Below, in pieces: positions 41,801 through 55,232 of a stretch of 64,000 nucleotides of DNA. A program made the translations under genes and the position numbers. The stretch is from Candidatus Dadabacteria bacterium. Its GTDB lineage: Bacteria; Desulfobacterota_D; UBA1144; Nemesobacterales; CSP1-2. The notes beneath the pieces are model-generated. The model was given only the letters and a program-made list of their open reading frames with translations, was not told the origin of the DNA and did not search any database. The first letter of the stretch is position 1. Each line of letters starts with the position of its first letter. The stretch spans positions 288,001 through 352,000 of the forward strand of contig CAWDVW010000007.1 in NCBI GenBank assembly GCA_963805855.1, in the 5' to 3' direction.

Positions 41801-42948
41801 GTAAGATTGCATCTGCGAGACTTATAGTAAACAGGAAAACGGTCCTAAAAAAGGGAGATAAGATCACAGAGGACATACTTCGCAACATATCATTTGAGAA
41901 GATCGCTGATATCAGTATTGAAAAGGGCGAATCAATTGAGACCGACGTTAACAGGGGTATTGAAAGAGCACTTGAGCAGATTGATTTAGTCAAGCTCGTT
42001 TATGATCAAAGGATATCCAAACTCGTACGTCCAGATGAACTCCCTCCTGGCGTGCTCAAAGTTATTAAGGTTTATGTCGCTGTAAAGAGGAAACTCCAGG
42101 TAGGAGATAAAATGGCAGGTAGGCACGGAAATAAGGGGGTTATATCTAAGATTTTACGACAAGAGGACATGCCTTACCTGCCGGACGGAACCCCTGTGGA
42201 TATGGTCCTTAACCCACTTGGTGTACCGTCGAGGATGAATGTCGGTCAGGTTCTGGAAACCCATCTTGGCTGGGCAGCTCAGAAAGTGGGTGAACAGTTA
42301 AATGAACTTATTGAAAAAGCGGTTGATTACAATTCTCTCAGAAAAAAGATAAAAGAATTATACGATTCGAGGAAGATGAGTAAGTTTATCGATGAATTGA
42401 GTAATGAGGAATTGTTCGAGGTTGTCAAGACACTTAAGGACGGCATTCCGGTTGAGTCACCCGTCTTTGACGGAGCAACTGAAGGTGAAATAAAAGAAAT
42501 GCTTATCTCGGCAGGTCTCCCAGAGGATGGCAAGACAATACTATTCGACGGATTTACTGGTGAACCTTTTGATCAAAAGGTTTCAATTGGGGTGATGTAT
42601 ATGCTTAAACTACATCATCTTGTAGAGGAAAAGATTCATGCTCGGGCCATTGGTCCTTATTCGCTTGTGACTCAACAACCGCTGGGAGGAAAAGCCCATT
42701 TTGGTGGGCAGCGACTTGGAGAGATGGAGGTTTGGGCACTTGAAGCATATGGAGCAGCGTACACCCTTCAAGAGTTTCTGACCGTTAAATCTGATGATGT
42801 AGTGGGAAGGACGCGAATATTCGATTCGATCGCGAAGGGCGACAAGAGATTCGAACCCGGTCTACCTGAGTCGTTTAAAGTCCTCCAAAAGGAGCTACAG
42901 GCCTTATCGTTGGATGTCGACCTCATGGAGGATGTTGTTGACAGTTGA
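38842..42948 (+). CDS. rpoB: RNA polymerase beta subunit
   Basis: [36 protein letters not shown]. Confidence 0.99.
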   Translation: MSNNGQGMFRMRKSFAKISRVLEIPHLLDVQIKSYNDFLQADIKPDDRLDIGLHHAFSISFPIEDYNGKASLEYVGYRIDKPKYEESECRLKGYTFVVPLYVTFRLVIWDTPSEGNPERTIRDVKEQEVYFGEIPLMTASGAFIINGTERVIVNQLHRSPGVFFDQVKKDLTSGRVSFTARIVPQDGRWLDFEFDSKEILHVRIDRKKKFHVTVLLKALGLNAKQIMNYYYPVETVYFDSDGLKKSMDPDVLAFQRASSDIIDLKTKEVIVRKGRRFVPNLIEKIKKARIERISIQESELIGRPFAEDVVDEETGEVLVNFNEEITEESLKTLKEKGIKEIKTFYIDNISVVGSIRSTLSADKVETKEDAITEIYKKFRPTDPPTPQVAENFFNNMFSNIDTYRLSQVGRLKINYKLNHGVPDDVLTLKEEDILETVRYLLNLRGGRGSTDDIDHLGNRRVRTVGELIQDRFYAGLERLGRSVREKMGYQAIENLMPSELLIPKTVITVVKEFFATGQLSQFMDQTNPLSEITHKRRLSALGPGGLTRERAGFEVRDVHSSHYGRICPIETPEGPNIGLISSLGTYAKINEFGFIQTPYRVLKNGKVTNEIVYLNALEEEKYIIAQANAPLDDEGRLALDLVSARHRGEFLMIERDKVQLMDVSPTQLVSVSASLIPFLEHDDANRALMGSNMQRQAVPLLRTSSPIVGTGFEGTVAKDSGVTVVAKRDGIVEYVDAARIVVRATSNEGEDGGVDIYNLVKFQKSNQNTCWNQRQIVKKGGNVAKGDVIADGPSTDFGELALGQNVLVAFMPWGGYNFEDAILISERLVKEDRFTSIHIEEFECIARETKLGREEITRDIPNAGDEALRNLDESGIIRIGAEVKPGDILVGKISPKGETQLSPEERLLRAIFGDKAGDVKDTSLRASPGVTGTVIDVKMLLSRIVDKDERAKSIEDLEITKLKQDKDDEIRILKEDAFQRIKELLVGKIASARLIVNRKTVLKKGDKITEDILRNISFEKIADISIEKGESIETDVNRGIERALEQIDLVKLVYDQRISKLVRPDELPPGVLKVIKVYVAVKRKLQVGDKMAGRHGNKGVISKILRQEDMPYLPDGTPVDMVLNPLGVPSRMNVGQVLETHLGWAAQKVGEQLNELIEKAVDYNSLRKKIKELYDSRKMSKFIDELSNEELFEVVKTLKDGIPVESPVFDGATEGEIKEMLISAGLPEDGKTILFDGFTGEPFDQKVSIGVMYMLKLHHLVEEKIHARAIGPYSLVTQQPLGGKAHFGGQRLGEMEVWALEAYGAAYTLQEFLTVKSDDVVGRTRIFDSIAKGDKRFEPGLPESFKVLQKELQALSLDVDLMEDVVDS

Positions 42949-42989
42949 TGAGTATATGTACAAATACTTAAGTGGGAGGTAGGGAATAA

Positions 42990-45900
42990 TTGGATATTGA
43001 AAACCTATTTGAGAAACCAAAAAATCCTTCGGAATATAGGGCTGTAAGGATTTCAATTGCATCGCCTGAGAAAGTTAAGGAGTGGTCTTCTGGTGAAGTC
43101 AGAAAACCTGAAACAATAAATTACAGGACTTTCAAGCCTGAAAGGAGTGGGCTATTCTGTGCAAAAATCTTTGGGCCTGTGAAAGATTACGAATGTCTTT
43201 GCGGTAAGTATAAGAGATTAAAGCACAGGGGTCACACATGCGAAAAGTGTGGGGTTGAAGTCATATCGAGTAAGGTCAGACGTGAGCGAATGGGCCATAT
43301 TGAACTCTCTTCGCCTGTTGCGCACATTTGGTTTCTTAGAAGCATACCGAGCAGAATAGGAATGCTACTAGATATGACTCTAAAGGAGTTGGAGAAGGTA
43401 CTTTACTATGAGGCATATGTGGTTCTTGATCCAAGTAGTGCTCCGCTAAAATTTGGTGAGGTTCTCAGTGAAGATAAGTACAGAAGACTCTTAGAGGAAT
43501 TTGGTCCAAGTTTTAAGGTTGGAATGGGTGCAGAAACCATAAGGGAAATGCTGAAAAAGATTGATCTTGTTGAGCTTTCTGAGCAGCTAAAGATGGAATT
43601 AATGAGTGTGACCTCTCCTATAAAGAGGGCTAGAATAGCGAAGAGGCAAAGAATTGTCGAAGCCTTTAGACAATCCAAAAACAAGCCGGAGTGGATGATT
43701 CTCACTAGAATTCCGATACTTCCGCCGGACTTAAGACCTCTGGTACCTCTTGACGGTGGCAGATTTGCTACATCTGATTTAAATGATCTATACAGGAGGG
43801 TTATAAATCGGAACAATCGTCTAAAGAAACTGCTTGAGCTTGGAGCCCCAGATATCATTGTGAGAAACGAGAAAAGGATGCTCCAGGAGTCGGTGGATGC
43901 ATTATTTGAGAACGGTCGCCGGGGAAGGCCTGTTCTGGGTCATAACCATCGTCCTCTAAAGAGTCTAAGTGACATCATTAAGGGTAAACAGGGAAGGTTT
44001 AGGCAAAATTTACTCGGGAAGAGAGTCGATTATTCTGGTCGTTCAGTGATTACGGTCGGACCGGAGTTAAAGCTCCATCAATGTGGTCTTCCTAAGCAGA
44101 TGGCCTTAGAGCTTTTCAGACCATTTATCTATCAGAAACTCGAACAATGGGCAGCTGCATCGACTATCAAGATTTCAAAGAAATTAGTCGAGCAGGAGGC
44201 ACCCATCGTGTGGGATGCCCTGGATGAAGTTATTAAGGAGCATCCTATTTTGCTAAACCGCGCTCCCACGCTTCACAGATTGAGCATTCAGGCATTTGAA
44301 CCCATTCTAATTGAGGATCTCGCGATACAGATTCATCCACTGGTATGTCCTGCTTATAATGCTGATTTTGACGGAGACCAGATGGCTGTCCACGTACCAC
44401 TTTCTATTGAGGCGCAGACCGAATGTAGGACACTCGTAATGTCCACGAATAACATCCTGTCGCCTGCGCATGGAAAACCGATCATACTTCCTACCCAGGA
44501 TATAGTTCTTGGTGTTTATTATATGACTAGAGAAATGGTGAATGACAAAGGCGAGGGCAAGATGTTCTCTAGTATTGAAGAGGTCAGGATGGCCTATGAC
44601 TCGGGCGAGATAGGGCTCCATGCAAGGGTAAAGGTCCGGATCGATGAGACAATGCATGATACGACTGTAGGAAGAGTGCTTCTCTATGAGATAATGCCCA
44701 GGGTAATACCGTTTGATCTAGTGAATAAGGTTATGACAAAACGCGCTATCGAGGAATTGATTGATGGATGTTTTAGGATTGCAGGAGGTAAGAGCACCGT
44801 GCTTCTTGCTGACCGGCTGCGTACATTAGGCTTTCAGTATTCTACCAAAGCGGGTATCTCAATCTCGATAGATGATATGAAGATACCTATTAAGAAGAAG
44901 ATGCTTCTAGATAAGGCTTATGAAGAGGTTGTTAAGGTGCAAAATCAGTACTCGCAGGGTTTAATCACGGATGGTGAAAGATATAACAAGGTAATAGATA
45001 TCTGGGCCAAGACTAGCGACGAGGTCGCGCAAGAGATGATGGATGAACTATCTCTCGAAGTTTTAAAGGACGGCAAAAACAAAGATACAAAGGTTCCAAG
45101 TTACAATCCTATATACATGATGATTGATTCGGGCGCAAGGGGAAGTCAAACCCAGGTTCGTCAGCTAGCTGGGATGAGGGGACTGATGGCAAAGCCTTCC
45201 GGTGAAATAATCGAAACGCCAATCACATCAAATTTTAGGGAAGGATTGACGGTACTTCAATACTTCATTTCGACGCATGGAGCAAGGAAGGGTCTTGCCG
45301 ATACGGCTCTCAAAACCGCAAATGCCGGTTACCTTACGAGGAGGCTAATTGATGCCGCACAAGAAGTAATGGTTACCGAATACGATTGCGGGACAAACGA
45401 AGGTATCACTGTTGGAGATCTAATTGAGGGTGGTGAGATAATTGATAGGGTAAGCGAAAGGATCTTGGGCCGTGTTGCCGTTGAAGATATTAAGGATCCA
45501 CTGACCGGTGAAGTTATTGTCAGAAGAAATGATGAGATAGATGAGCATGTTGCTAAGAGGATAGACGAGACAGGGAGCATAAGTGAGGTGAGGATTAGAT
45601 CGGTCTTAACCTGTGAGTCTCGACATGGCGTTTGCATCTTGTGTTACGGAAGGAATCTTTCTGCGGGGAAGCTCGTGAACATAGGGGAAGCTGTAGGTAT
45701 CGTAGCCGCACAATCAATTGGAGAGCCGGGAACTCAGCTTACTATGAGAACGTTTCATATTGGAGGGGCTGCCAGCCAGAGGGCTGCCGAGAGTACCCTC
45801 GACAGTCAACACGAAGGAATCGTCAAGCTATATGGAGTGCGTACGGTAAAGAATAAGGAAGACAAGTTAGTCGTAATAAATCGGACCGGGATCTTAGCCA

Positions 45901-47075
45901 TAGTTGATGAAAAGGGCTATGAGCGCGAAAGATATCCCTTAGTTTTGGGTGCACGATTAGGCGTTGATGAAGGAAAAAAGGTGAAGGAGGGAGCACTCTT
46001 AGCGGAATGGGATCCCTACACCACTCCGTTTATCTCCGAGATTACTGGTAAAGTGAGTTACCAGGACTTAGAGCAGGGGATCAGTCTAAAAGAGCAGGTC
46101 GACGAGGTTACAGGCATATATAAGAAGGTTGTTATTGAATCAAAAAGTCCTGACCTGCATCCTGCGCTGGTTGTGACTGATGGCGGTGGGAAACAGGTTC
46201 CATATTCGGTCCCGATAGGAGCTATTATTGAGAAGAATGAGGGAGAACTCATTTACGCTGGAGACATCGTCGCGAAAATTCCTAGGGCAACGGCAAAGAC
46301 AAAGGACATAACAGGCGGGCTTCCTAGAGTCGCGGAACTTTTCGAGGCAAGAATTCCTAAGGACCCGGCAGTCGTCAGTGAAATAGATGGAATTGTATCT
46401 TATGGGAAGGACCTCAAAGGAAAGCGAAGATTAGTCGTAACGCCCGATATTGGGGAAGCTAAGGAGTACCTTGTCCCTCGGGGGAAACATGTACTTGTTA
46501 GAGATGGCGAAAGGGTTTCCTCGGGAGATCAAGTTGTGGATGGTGCCATAAATCCACATGATATTCTCAGAATCCGTGGAGAAAAGGCGCTGGCCAGATA
46601 CCTTGTAGATGAAATCCAAGAGGTATATAGATTGCAGGGCGTTAAGATAAATGATAAACATATTGAAGCTATTGTAAGACAGATGCTAAAGAGGGTAAGG
46701 ATTAAAGATCCGGGCGACACATCTTTTCTTGTGGGTGAGGCGGTGTCAAAACAGGAGTTTTTTGAGGAGAACGAACGAGTAATTTCTCAGGATGGAAGAC
46801 CAGCTTCGGCTGAGCCTCTTCTATTAGGTATAACGAGGGCTTCGCTCAGCACGAGCAGCTGGCTATCGGCAGCGTCATTTCAGGAGACGACTAGGGTTCT
46901 TACAGAAGCTGCCTGCGAGGGAAAGGAGGATCAATTAAGGGGACTCAAGGAAAATGTGATTATGGGAAGATTGATTCCTGCAGGTACGGGTCTTCCAATG
47001 TACAGATTTATCGATGTCGAGGTGCCGGTCCCTGAAATTCCTGTGCCAGTCCCGGTTGAAGAAGAAGTTACCTGA
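42990..47075 (+). CDS. rpoC: RNA polymerase beta' subunit
   Basis: [12 protein letters not shown] catalytic motif, N-terminal Zn finger; TTG start with GGAGG upstream. Confidence 0.99.
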   Translation: MDIENLFEKPKNPSEYRAVRISIASPEKVKEWSSGEVRKPETINYRTFKPERSGLFCAKIFGPVKDYECLCGKYKRLKHRGHTCEKCGVEVISSKVRRERMGHIELSSPVAHIWFLRSIPSRIGMLLDMTLKELEKVLYYEAYVVLDPSSAPLKFGEVLSEDKYRRLLEEFGPSFKVGMGAETIREMLKKIDLVELSEQLKMELMSVTSPIKRARIAKRQRIVEAFRQSKNKPEWMILTRIPILPPDLRPLVPLDGGRFATSDLNDLYRRVINRNNRLKKLLELGAPDIIVRNEKRMLQESVDALFENGRRGRPVLGHNHRPLKSLSDIIKGKQGRFRQNLLGKRVDYSGRSVITVGPELKLHQCGLPKQMALELFRPFIYQKLEQWAAASTIKISKKLVEQEAPIVWDALDEVIKEHPILLNRAPTLHRLSIQAFEPILIEDLAIQIHPLVCPAYNADFDGDQMAVHVPLSIEAQTECRTLVMSTNNILSPAHGKPIILPTQDIVLGVYYMTREMVNDKGEGKMFSSIEEVRMAYDSGEIGLHARVKVRIDETMHDTTVGRVLLYEIMPRVIPFDLVNKVMTKRAIEELIDGCFRIAGGKSTVLLADRLRTLGFQYSTKAGISISIDDMKIPIKKKMLLDKAYEEVVKVQNQYSQGLITDGERYNKVIDIWAKTSDEVAQEMMDELSLEVLKDGKNKDTKVPSYNPIYMMIDSGARGSQTQVRQLAGMRGLMAKPSGEIIETPITSNFREGLTVLQYFISTHGARKGLADTALKTANAGYLTRRLIDAAQEVMVTEYDCGTNEGITVGDLIEGGEIIDRVSERILGRVAVEDIKDPLTGEVIVRRNDEIDEHVAKRIDETGSISEVRIRSVLTCESRHGVCILCYGRNLSAGKLVNIGEAVGIVAAQSIGEPGTQLTMRTFHIGGAASQRAAESTLDSQHEGIVKLYGVRTVKNKEDKLVVINRTGILAIVDEKGYERERYPLVLGARLGVDEGKKVKEGALLAEWDPYTTPFISEITGKVSYQDLEQGISLKEQVDEVTGIYKKVVIESKSPDLHPALVVTDGGGKQVPYSVPIGAIIEKNEGELIYAGDIVAKIPRATAKTKDITGGLPRVAELFEARIPKDPAVVSEIDGIVSYGKDLKGKRRLVVTPDIGEAKEYLVPRGKHVLVRDGERVSSGDQVVDGAINPHDILRIRGEKALARYLVDEIQEVYRLQGVKINDKHIEAIVRQMLKRVRIKDPGDTSFLVGEAVSKQEFFEENERVISQDGRPASAEPLLLGITRASLSTSSWLSAASFQETTRVLTEAACEGKEDQLRGLKENVIMGRLIPAGTGLPMYRFIDVEVPVPEIPVPVPVEEEVT

Positions 47076-47168
47076 TTATGCTTAAATGGTATTTAGGATT
47101 AGATTAGCAGTCTTAGAGGCTCAAAAACCTCCTAGTCCTGTAATATCAACTCCTGTTGCTTTCTCGGT

Positions 47169-49886
47169 ATGAGTGACAAGACCAAATTGATTCTTGAAAA
47201 AACCTATAACCCTAAGGTCGTAGAGGAGAAATGGTATAGTTTCTGGACAGAAAAGGGTTATTTTACGGCATCCACAAAGTCTAAAAAAAAGCCTTTCACG
47301 ATAGTTATCCCACCCCCTAATATTACGGGCTCACTTCATATTGGTCATGCCCTAAATAACACACTTCAGGACATTTTGGTACGTTACAAGAGAATGAAGG
47401 GGTATGAAGCTCTCTGGGTGCCGGGAACGGATCATGCCGGCATCGCAACTCAAACAGTCGTAGAACGAGAGCTGATGAGAGACGGTATAAAGCGAAGCGA
47501 TATGGATCGTGAAGAATTTGTAGATAAGGTTTGGAGGTGGAAAGGACAATACGGTAAGAGGATAGTCCAACAATTAAAGAGGTTAGGGGCTTCTTGCGAC
47601 TGGTCAAGAGAAAGGTTTACGATGGACGAAGGGTTTTCACTCGCAGTCAGAGAGGCGTTTGTTAGACTTTATGATGAGGGTCTGATTTACAGGGGCCATT
47701 ATCTTGTGAACTGGTGTCCGAGGTGTGAGACCGCTCTTTCTGATTTAGAGGTTATAAGAGAGAATACAAATGGGAAGCTTTATTATATCAAATACCCGTT
47801 CGTACTCAATGACAAAAGTAAAAGAGAAGAGGGCTACATAGTTGTAGCTACTACAAGACCGGAAACAATGATGGGTGATACAGCCGTCGCGGTCAACCCA
47901 AGGGATGAGAGGTATAAGGGGATGGTGGGGAAAAAGGTAATGTTACCTGTCGTGAATCGTTTAATCCCGGTGATTGCTGATGAGGGTGTTGATATTGAAA
48001 TGGGTACCGGGGCTCTGAAAATAACTCCCGCTCATGATTTCGCAGATTTCGAAATTGGTAACAAGCACAATCTTCCGAGGATGCAGGTTATTGACTTTAG
48101 GGGTGTTATGAATGAAAACGCTGGGAAATATAGAGGCCTAGATAGATTTGATTGTAGAGCACGCATAGTAGAAGATTTTGAGAAGGACGGTCTACTTGAG
48201 AAGGTCGAGGATTATCTGATCCAGCTGGGGAAATGCTACAGGTGTGGAACTGTGGTTGAGCCCATGCTATCCCTGCAATGGTTTGTCAGGACAAAATCAC
48301 TGGCAGAGCCAGCACTGGCCGCGGTTGAAGAAGGGAGGACAAAAATCATTCCGGAGGGTTGGAATAACACATATTTTGAATGGATGCGAAATATCAGAGA
48401 CTGGTGCATATCAAGGCAGATTTGGTGGGGTCACAGAATCCCTGCCTGGTTCTGCGAGGGCTGTGATGAGATAACCGTGTCGGTGGAGGAACCGGCGCAG
48501 TGCGGTAAATGTGGATCAACGGATTTAAGACAGGAGGAAGATGTACTCGATACATGGTTCAGTTCCGGTCTCTGGCCTTTTGCGGTTTTGGGCTGGCCGC
48601 AGCAAACGGAAGAACTTCAGATCTTTTATCCCACAACTGTACTTGTCACGAGTTTTGATATTCTTTTCTTCTGGGTTGCGAGGATGATGATGATGGGGAT
48701 AAGGTTTATGGGCGACGTTCCATTCAGGGATGTTTATATCCACGCCCTTGTTAGGGATGAACAGGGTGAGAAGATGAGCAAGACAAGGGGAAACGTAATT
48801 GACCCTTTGGAAATAATGGACGACTTCGGTGCTGATGCGCTAAGATTCAGTCTAACTGCACTGGCTTCTCAGGGTCGCGACATAAAGCTATCACTACCTG
48901 TTATTGAGGGCTACAGAAACTTTATGAATAAAATATGGAATGCCTCTAGATTTGTCCTTATGAATTTGGGTCATGGAGAAAGGAACCGTTGGTCGGTTTC
49001 CGAATATAATATGGATCTATCAATTGCCGATAGGTGGATACTCACCAAATTGAACATGATGCTAGAGGAAATAGAAGATTGTTTCGATAAGTATGAATTT
49101 GATAAGGCCGCCCGAATTATTTATCAGTTTGTATGGGGTGATTTTTGCGACTGGTATATTGAAATAGTTAAACCGGCGCTGTATGGAAATAATAAAGATG
49201 CGAAAAGAAGAGTACAGTTGATCCTTGTCAATGTGTTATCATCTGCTTTACAAATTCTGAGCCCCATCGCACCTTTTATAACGGAAGAGATTTATGAGAG
49301 ATTACGGGAATTCGGATTTAATCTCCAGACACCCGAAGGAAATGATGCTGAGAGCATAGCAATGAGTTCATACCCGAGCTTCAACCGCGATTATATTCAC
49401 GAAGAGGAATATAGAGAAATAGAGTTTGTAAAAGAGGTGATAGTTGTTATAAGGAATTTAAGAGCGGTGGTGGGATTGCACCCTACTGATAAGGTAAAGG
49501 TATTCTTGCGTCCGGACAATGAAAAGAATCTTGAAAGGGTAAGACGTAATAATGAGATAATAATTAAACTTGCTGGAGCCTCCTCGCTCGAGTTTTCAAA
49601 GAACGGAAAGCCAAAGAAATCTGTTGCTCAGGTCATAAATGGGATGGAGGTATTTCTTCCGGTTGAAGGATTAATAAATGTTGAGAAAGAAGTTGGAAGA
49701 ATAATGAGGGAAATAGAAAAGGTCAAAAAAGATATCGATACTACGAGGAATAAACTCTCAAATGCTAACTTCCTCGATCGTGCCCCGGAGGAGGTCGTTG
49801 AGAAAGAGAAGGAGAAATTTGAGGAGCTTTCACTTAAAAAAAAGAAAATGGAAGATGTGCTCAATAAATTGAGCGAGATAGGTTAG
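47169..49886 (+). CDS. valS: valine-tRNA ligase
   Basis: PPPNITGSLHIGH, DWCISRQ.WWGH, KMSKT, C-terminal coiled coil. Confidence 0.98.
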   Translation: MSDKTKLILEKTYNPKVVEEKWYSFWTEKGYFTASTKSKKKPFTIVIPPPNITGSLHIGHALNNTLQDILVRYKRMKGYEALWVPGTDHAGIATQTVVERELMRDGIKRSDMDREEFVDKVWRWKGQYGKRIVQQLKRLGASCDWSRERFTMDEGFSLAVREAFVRLYDEGLIYRGHYLVNWCPRCETALSDLEVIRENTNGKLYYIKYPFVLNDKSKREEGYIVVATTRPETMMGDTAVAVNPRDERYKGMVGKKVMLPVVNRLIPVIADEGVDIEMGTGALKITPAHDFADFEIGNKHNLPRMQVIDFRGVMNENAGKYRGLDRFDCRARIVEDFEKDGLLEKVEDYLIQLGKCYRCGTVVEPMLSLQWFVRTKSLAEPALAAVEEGRTKIIPEGWNNTYFEWMRNIRDWCISRQIWWGHRIPAWFCEGCDEITVSVEEPAQCGKCGSTDLRQEEDVLDTWFSSGLWPFAVLGWPQQTEELQIFYPTTVLVTSFDILFFWVARMMMMGIRFMGDVPFRDVYIHALVRDEQGEKMSKTRGNVIDPLEIMDDFGADALRFSLTALASQGRDIKLSLPVIEGYRNFMNKIWNASRFVLMNLGHGERNRWSVSEYNMDLSIADRWILTKLNMMLEEIEDCFDKYEFDKAARIIYQFVWGDFCDWYIEIVKPALYGNNKDAKRRVQLILVNVLSSALQILSPIAPFITEEIYERLREFGFNLQTPEGNDAESIAMSSYPSFNRDYIHEEEYREIEFVKEVIVVIRNLRAVVGLHPTDKVKVFLRPDNEKNLERVRRNNEIIIKLAGASSLEFSKNGKPKKSVAQVINGMEVFLPVEGLINVEKEVGRIMREIEKVKKDIDTTRNKLSNANFLDRAPEEVVEKEKEKFEELSLKKKKMEDVLNKLSEIG

Positions 49887-50060
49887 AATCCGATTTTTCT
49901 GATGCATTTGTTTAACTGGGGAATTCACTATAAGCGAGTGCATGTTTACATAGGAGTCAGTGCAGTAATAGTCAGATATTGTGAGACGGACTCGTAAAAA
50001 GTAGTCGCTTTGCTTATCTTAACGTTTCTTTCTAACTTCTTTGTCTTGATACTCAATATA

Positions 50061-50266
50061 GATCCTGACTTTCGTCAGGACATGGTTCAGCACAGGTACA
50101 AAGAAGCAACCCTTCGACGGCGCTCAGGACAGGCCCTTGGATACTTCGACTAACTAAGGACTACGGGCTCAGGGCAGGGCTTCCCCTTGTTGTCATTCCC
50201 TAATTCCTCAATAGGGAATCCATGCTTTTAGCTCTGGATCCCCGTCTACTAATTTCGCAGATGACA
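50061..50266. repeat. REP/RPE-like palindromic cluster between convergent valS and purF
   Basis: TCCTGAC-TTTC-GTCAGGA (50063-50080); CTTCGACGGCGCTCAGGACAGG (50112-50133); TGTCATTCCC...GGGAATCCA...TGGATCCCCG...GATGACA (50191-50266). Confidence 0.75.
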
Positions 50267-50436
50267 TAACGACTACAAAAATTGGTCCAACCGTAATCCG
50301 CAAATTCTATTATACGTCTTCGTTTCTGGTTTTCTTTACGCAATTTTTGGAAGGCTATTTGTGAGTGTTATTTGTAGGAATTTCCACGGTAGGGGTGTCC
50401 GCAAGTGTTTTTGCACATCTTATTATCCGAGGTTGG

Positions 50437-51852
50437 TTACCGGTCAAATAGATGGAACTGTTTGAGTGGTTTTTTGAAGTCCGCTATTGGTACGCGGTAG
50501 TTCCCGGTGAAGCAGGCATTACAGAAGCTCTCCTTATTGTCAAGTGATTTATAACTTGATACCGCCTTCATAACACCATCGAGACTTAGATATCCAAGAG
50601 TATCAGAGGTTATATATTTATTTATCTCTTCGACATCAAGAGAGTTTGCAATCAGTTCCTCTTTTGTAGGGGTGTCTATGCCATAGTAGCAGGAGAATTT
50701 CATAGGGGGCGAGCTTATCCTCATATGAATCTCTTTAGCGCCTGCAGCACGAATCATCTTTACTATTTTTCTGCTTGTAGTTCCTCTGACAATTGAGTCA
50801 TCCACTATCACAACCCTTTTGTCACGAAGTACCTCTTTGATTGCGTTTAGCTTTAGCTTGACCCCGAAATTTCTTATTGATTTTCGCGGTTCTATAAATG
50901 TCCTACCCACATAATGGTTCCTTAGTAGTCCAAGCTCCAGAGGGAGACCCGATTCTTCAGCATAGCCTATCGCCGCAGGAACACCGGAGTCGGGGACAGC
51001 AGTCACAATGTCTGCGTCGGATGGTTGTTCTCTCGCTAATTGTTTCCCCAGCTCTTTTCTCACCTGATATACGTTTCTATCAAAGACCTGGCTATCGGGT
51101 CTCGCAAAGTATATAAATTCGAAAACGCAGTGAGCGTGTTTGACCTTTTTGAAGGGTTTAAATGATTCAAGTCCCTTTTTGCTGACAACCAAGATCTCGC
51201 CGGGCTCAACCTCTCTGGTGAACTCGGCTTCTATCAAGTCAAAGGCGCATGTCTCAGAGGCTATAACCGGGGCATCATGTAGCTTTCCTAAGACAAGTGG
51301 TCGAAAACCGTACGGATCTCGAGCGGCAACCAGATAATCTGGTGTGAGGAATAAAAGAGAATAAGCTCCCTTACATCTCATCAATGACTCGATAATGCTT
51401 CTTACTAAATTCTCCTCTTTGGATCGGGCAATCAGATGTACTATAACCTCCGTATCAGTTGTAGATTGAAAGATAGCACCATCCCTTTCCAGTTCCTCCC
51501 TTAAAGTTCTTGCATTCGTAAGGTTGCCATTATGCGCAATAGCGAGATGTCCCTTGGAATAGGTGATGACTATGGGCTGTGAATTCTTACTATGACTTGA
51601 TCCCGTGGTGGAGTATCTCACGTGACCTATTGCATTTCTCCCTGGAAGCCTGTCAATCGCCTGTTCAGTAAAGATCTCGGATACGAGACCCATTTCCCTG
51701 TGCGAGTATAGGTTTTGACCGTCTGAGGTCGTTATACCGGCGCTTTCCTGACCACGGTGTTGTAGGGCGTGAAGACCAAGATATGTGAGGTTTGCTGCCT
51801 CGGGATGGCCAAATATTCCAAATACACCACACTCTTCTTTTAGCTCATGCAT
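50437..51852 (-). CDS. purF: amidophosphoribosyltransferase
   Basis: [12 protein letters not shown] propeptide and catalytic Cys, [20 protein letters not shown] 51852. Confidence 0.97.
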   Translation of the reverse strand: MHELKEECGVFGIFGHPEAANLTYLGLHALQHRGQESAGITTSDGQNLYSHREMGLVSEIFTEQAIDRLPGRNAIGHVRYSTTGSSHSKNSQPIVITYSKGHLAIAHNGNLTNARTLREELERDGAIFQSTTDTEVIVHLIARSKEENLVRSIIESLMRCKGAYSLLFLTPDYLVAARDPYGFRPLVLGKLHDAPVIASETCAFDLIEAEFTREVEPGEILVVSKKGLESFKPFKKVKHAHCVFEFIYFARPDSQVFDRNVYQVRKELGKQLAREQPSDADIVTAVPDSGVPAAIGYAEESGLPLELGLLRNHYVGRTFIEPRKSIRNFGVKLKLNAIKEVLRDKRVVIVDDSIVRGTTSRKIVKMIRAAGAKEIHMRISSPPMKFSCYYGIDTPTKEELIANSLDVEEINKYITSDTLGYLSLDGVMKAVSSYKSLDNKESFCNACFTGNYRVPIADFKKPLKQFHLFDR

Positions 51853-54064
51853 AGCTTTTGAATAAATTCTCAAGTCCGGTATTCCAGACTCTATGGGCAT
51901 CCAACATATCAATGTCCAGAAGCCCATCAATTAAGAATCTATCTCCTCGAACCTCTCCTATTATCTCCATCGGAACGCTGTAAGTTTGGCATATGCTCTC
52001 CAAATGGGGCAAATCCGTTCTATCCAGTGATACCAATGCCCTTGATTGGGATTCTGAAAAAAGTATTGCATCCTCTCTCACATGGTGATTGTTATCTATT
52101 TTGATCTTTGCTCCAATGGGTCCAGACGGGGTGAAGCAGGATTCAGCAAGAGCAATTGCCAAGCCCCCTTCCGAAAGATCGTGTGAAGACTTTATTATAC
52201 CGTTTTTAGATGCTTCAAGCAAAGTTCTGACGAGATTAGATTCTGCTTCTAGATCTACTTCAGGTGGACTACCACAGACAAGTCCGTGGATCTGACTGAG
52301 GTACTGACTACCCCCAAGTTCTTCTCTGGTTTTCCCGAGGATTACTATTATATCCCCCTCATTCTTAAACCACTGTGTAAGATGGTTTTCGGCATCTTCA
52401 ATGAGTCCTACCATTGCGACGGATGGAGTTGGATAAATTGCCTTAGCCCCAGTTTCGTTGTAAAGGCTTACATTTCCGCTCACAATTGGAGTACCGAGAA
52501 AATTGGCGGCTTCTGCTAGCCCCTCAACCGATTTAACGAATTGCCACATAATTTCAGGATTTTCCGGACTTCCGAAGTTAAGGCAATCTGTGATAGCTAA
52601 GGGCTTTGCCCCTGAACAGGCAAGATTTCTTGCGCTTTCTGCAACTGCTATCATCGCCCCAATGTAAGGGTCAAGATAACAGTACCTTGAGTTGCAGTTA
52701 GCGGTAAGTGCTATGGCCTTCGTTGTTCCTTTGATTCTTATTAATGCCGAATCGGAGCCAGGGGGGGTGATTGTATTAGTTCTCACCATGTGGTCGTATT
52801 GTTCAAAGATCCATTTCTTATTCGAAAGTGTAGGCGATGAAAGAAGCTTTAAAACGACGGATCCTAAATCATTTGGTATTGGAATTGATGATAGTTTTAA
52901 TTTTACCGAATCTTTCATGTAAGCCGGCTTTTTAAAAGGCCTTGAATATACTGGCGCTTCCATTGTGATTAAGCTGATCGGAATGTCTGCAACAATACCT
53001 TCATTTCCGACTATCTCCAGCCTGTTATTACCTGTAACTTCTCCAATCACACTGAAATCAAGACCCCACTTCTTGAATATTGCTTCGGCAATATTTTCCT
53101 TTCCTTTTTCTGTAACAATAAGCATCCTCTCTTGAGACTCTGATAGCATGACTTCATAGGGAGTCATTTTCTCTTCTCTCTTTGGTACTTTATCGATGTC
53201 GATTGTAATTCCAGTACCCGCGCGGCTTGCCATTTCAGTTGAAGAAGATGTTAATCCGGCAGCTCCCATGTCCTGAATGCCTATCACAATGCCAGTTTTA
53301 AAGAGTTCAAGACAGGCTTCTAACAGTAGCTTTTCCGTAAATGGGTCGCCCACCTGTACCGTAGGTCTTTTTTCCTCTGCTTCTTTACTAAATGTTTCTG
53401 AAGCCATAACTGCCCCATGAATTCCGTCCCTACCTGTCTTTGAACCGACATAAATAACTGGATTTCCAACTCCCTTCGCGGCGCCCCTGAATATTTTATC
53501 CTTTTTCGTGATTCCAAGTGCAAAGACGTTTACAATGGGGTTTCCATCATAGCATTCGTCGAAATAAACCTCTCCACCCACAGTTGGAATACCAATGCAA
53601 TTTCCATAGCCTGCTATACCGGAGACCACGCCCTCTAGCAGATATTTCGTCTTTTGAAGTTTAGGATCACCGAATCTGAGTGAATCGAGAAGTGCGATTG
53701 GTCGCGCACCCATAGTAAAAATATCCCTCAGAATACCTCCGACACCGGTGGCCGCACCCTGATAGGGTTCTATATACGACGGATGGTTATGGCTCTCCAT
53801 CTTAAAAACAACGCAAAGATCATCACCGATGTCAACAATCCCCGCATTTTCTCCCGGCCCCTGAATAACCCTTTCCCCTTTGGTTGGTAATTTCTTTAGA
53901 TGCGCCTTAGAGCTTTTATATGAACAGTGCTCAGACCACATTGCGGCTAATATGCCGATTTCAGTTACATTAGGTTCCCTTCCAATGTGGGCTACAATCT
54001 TATGATATTCATTCTTAGTTAGACCGTGATCTAGGGCAAGTCTTAGATTATTCAATTTGGACAT
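51845..54064 (-). CDS. purL: phosphoribosylformylglycinamidine synthase subunit PurL (small type)
   Basis: [31 protein letters not shown]. Confidence 0.97.
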   Translation of the reverse strand: MSKLNNLRLALDHGLTKNEYHKIVAHIGREPNVTEIGILAAMWSEHCSYKSSKAHLKKLPTKGERVIQGPGENAGIVDIGDDLCVVFKMESHNHPSYIEPYQGAATGVGGILRDIFTMGARPIALLDSLRFGDPKLQKTKYLLEGVVSGIAGYGNCIGIPTVGGEVYFDECYDGNPIVNVFALGITKKDKIFRGAAKGVGNPVIYVGSKTGRDGIHGAVMASETFSKEAEEKRPTVQVGDPFTEKLLLEACLELFKTGIVIGIQDMGAAGLTSSSTEMASRAGTGITIDIDKVPKREEKMTPYEVMLSESQERMLIVTEKGKENIAEAIFKKWGLDFSVIGEVTGNNRLEIVGNEGIVADIPISLITMEAPVYSRPFKKPAYMKDSVKLKLSSIPIPNDLGSVVLKLLSSPTLSNKKWIFEQYDHMVRTNTITPPGSDSALIRIKGTTKAIALTANCNSRYCYLDPYIGAMIAVAESARNLACSGAKPLAITDCLNFGSPENPEIMWQFVKSVEGLAEAANFLGTPIVSGNVSLYNETGAKAIYPTPSVAMVGLIEDAENHLTQWFKNEGDIIVILGKTREELGGSQYLSQIHGLVCGSPPEVDLEAESNLVRTLLEASKNGIIKSSHDLSEGGLAIALAESCFTPSGPIGAKIKIDNNHHVREDAILFSESQSRALVSLDRTDLPHLESICQTYSVPMEIIGEVRGDRFLIDGLLDIDMLDAHRVWNTGLENLFKSYA

Positions 54065-54297
54065 ATTTGGAGATAATTATACCTGTTAAAAAAAAGGGAA
54101 TTGGTGCTATGTACAACGTCTGCATTATTGTTTACAGAAATTTTGAGTACTATTTAATGTCTCAGGATAGATAGACTTAATACCGTGAATTCATTTTTAA
54201 ATTCAGGTGAAAAGTAAATTCCTATTGAATTGAAATTCAGAATATTTAATATACAGAATAAAATTTAGGTATTAGGATAGCAATTAAGTTATATAGC

Positions 54298-55170
54298 GTG
54301 GACGTTATTTTCATTGTGACTAGAAGACGAAAATTTCTCAAGTTATTAATTTCTGCACCGGCTCTTATCCTAGTTTTTCTTTCTTTTCCGTCAGACGTGC
54401 TTTCACGACCGGTGACATCTGACCAAATTTATGAACTCACAGTTAAGATCGAGAAAGATCCAAACAATGCAGAGTTATATCTCCGAAGAGGTGAATTATT
54501 AAGGGGACTAAAGAAGTGGGATGCTGCATTGGTAGATTTAGAGCACGCGGGCAGCCTTGATAATGAACTTAAAGTTGTCGACTTGGCTAAGGGTCGGTTA
54601 TTTTTAGAAGCTGGCTGGAGCCGGGTAGCAGAATTTTATCTTTCACGCTATCTAACTTTTAAACCGGATCATCCTGACGGTTTGCTCCTGCTGGCCCGTT
54701 GTGTTGCAAAACAGGGCAGGGGAAATGAAGCGGGCGAAATATATACTAAATTCATCGGTATAACAAAAAATCCAAAGCCCGACTATTACCTGGAAAGAGC
54801 CGATGCCCTGGCTTCTGCGGGTATGAAGCCGGAAGCATTAAAAGGACTTGATGAGGGTCTGGTTAGGTTTGGGCCTGTTACGTCACTTCAGAAAATGGCT
54901 ATCGATATAGAACTTGGGGATAAGGACTATGACTCTGCGTTATCAAGGATTAATTCCCTTATAAAGAGTTCTCCACAAAAAGAGCGTTGGCTGCTGCTCA
55001 GAGGTGAAACGCTTGAAAAGGGAGGTCGAATAAAAGAAGCAAAAGAATCTTATGACGAGGCTCTGAAAAATCTTGATTCTCGTCCACCTAATAAACGAAG
55101 GACTAAATATTTTGCAGAGCTGGAGAAGGAAATCCGTGAAGCTATCACGCGTATAGAAGATAAGACTTGA
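54298..55170 (+). CDS. secreted TPR-repeat protein
   Basis: Signal-like N-terminus; DPNNAELYLRRG and further TPR-like helices. Confidence 0.8.
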   Translation: MDVIFIVTRRRKFLKLLISAPALILVFLSFPSDVLSRPVTSDQIYELTVKIEKDPNNAELYLRRGELLRGLKKWDAALVDLEHAGSLDNELKVVDLAKGRLFLEAGWSRVAEFYLSRYLTFKPDHPDGLLLLARCVAKQGRGNEAGEIYTKFIGITKNPKPDYYLERADALASAGMKPEALKGLDEGLVRFGPVTSLQKMAIDIELGDKDYDSALSRINSLIKSSPQKERWLLLRGETLEKGGRIKEAKESYDEALKNLDSRPPNKRRTKYFAELEKEIREAITRIEDKT

Positions 55171-55232
55171 ATATTCCGAAAAATCGTGATAAAGTCGCTT
55201 GAGAAATAGCATCTTGTACTGAAGGATGAAAA

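Noticed and set aside
50437-51930. purF start at 51930
   Set aside because: It would overlap purL by 86 bp; ATG 51852 gives the expected short propeptide before CGVFG.
54100-54297. Pho box upstream of the TPR/phosphatase pair
   Set aside because: Only one TTTACA half-site, with no convincing 11-bp-spaced repeat.
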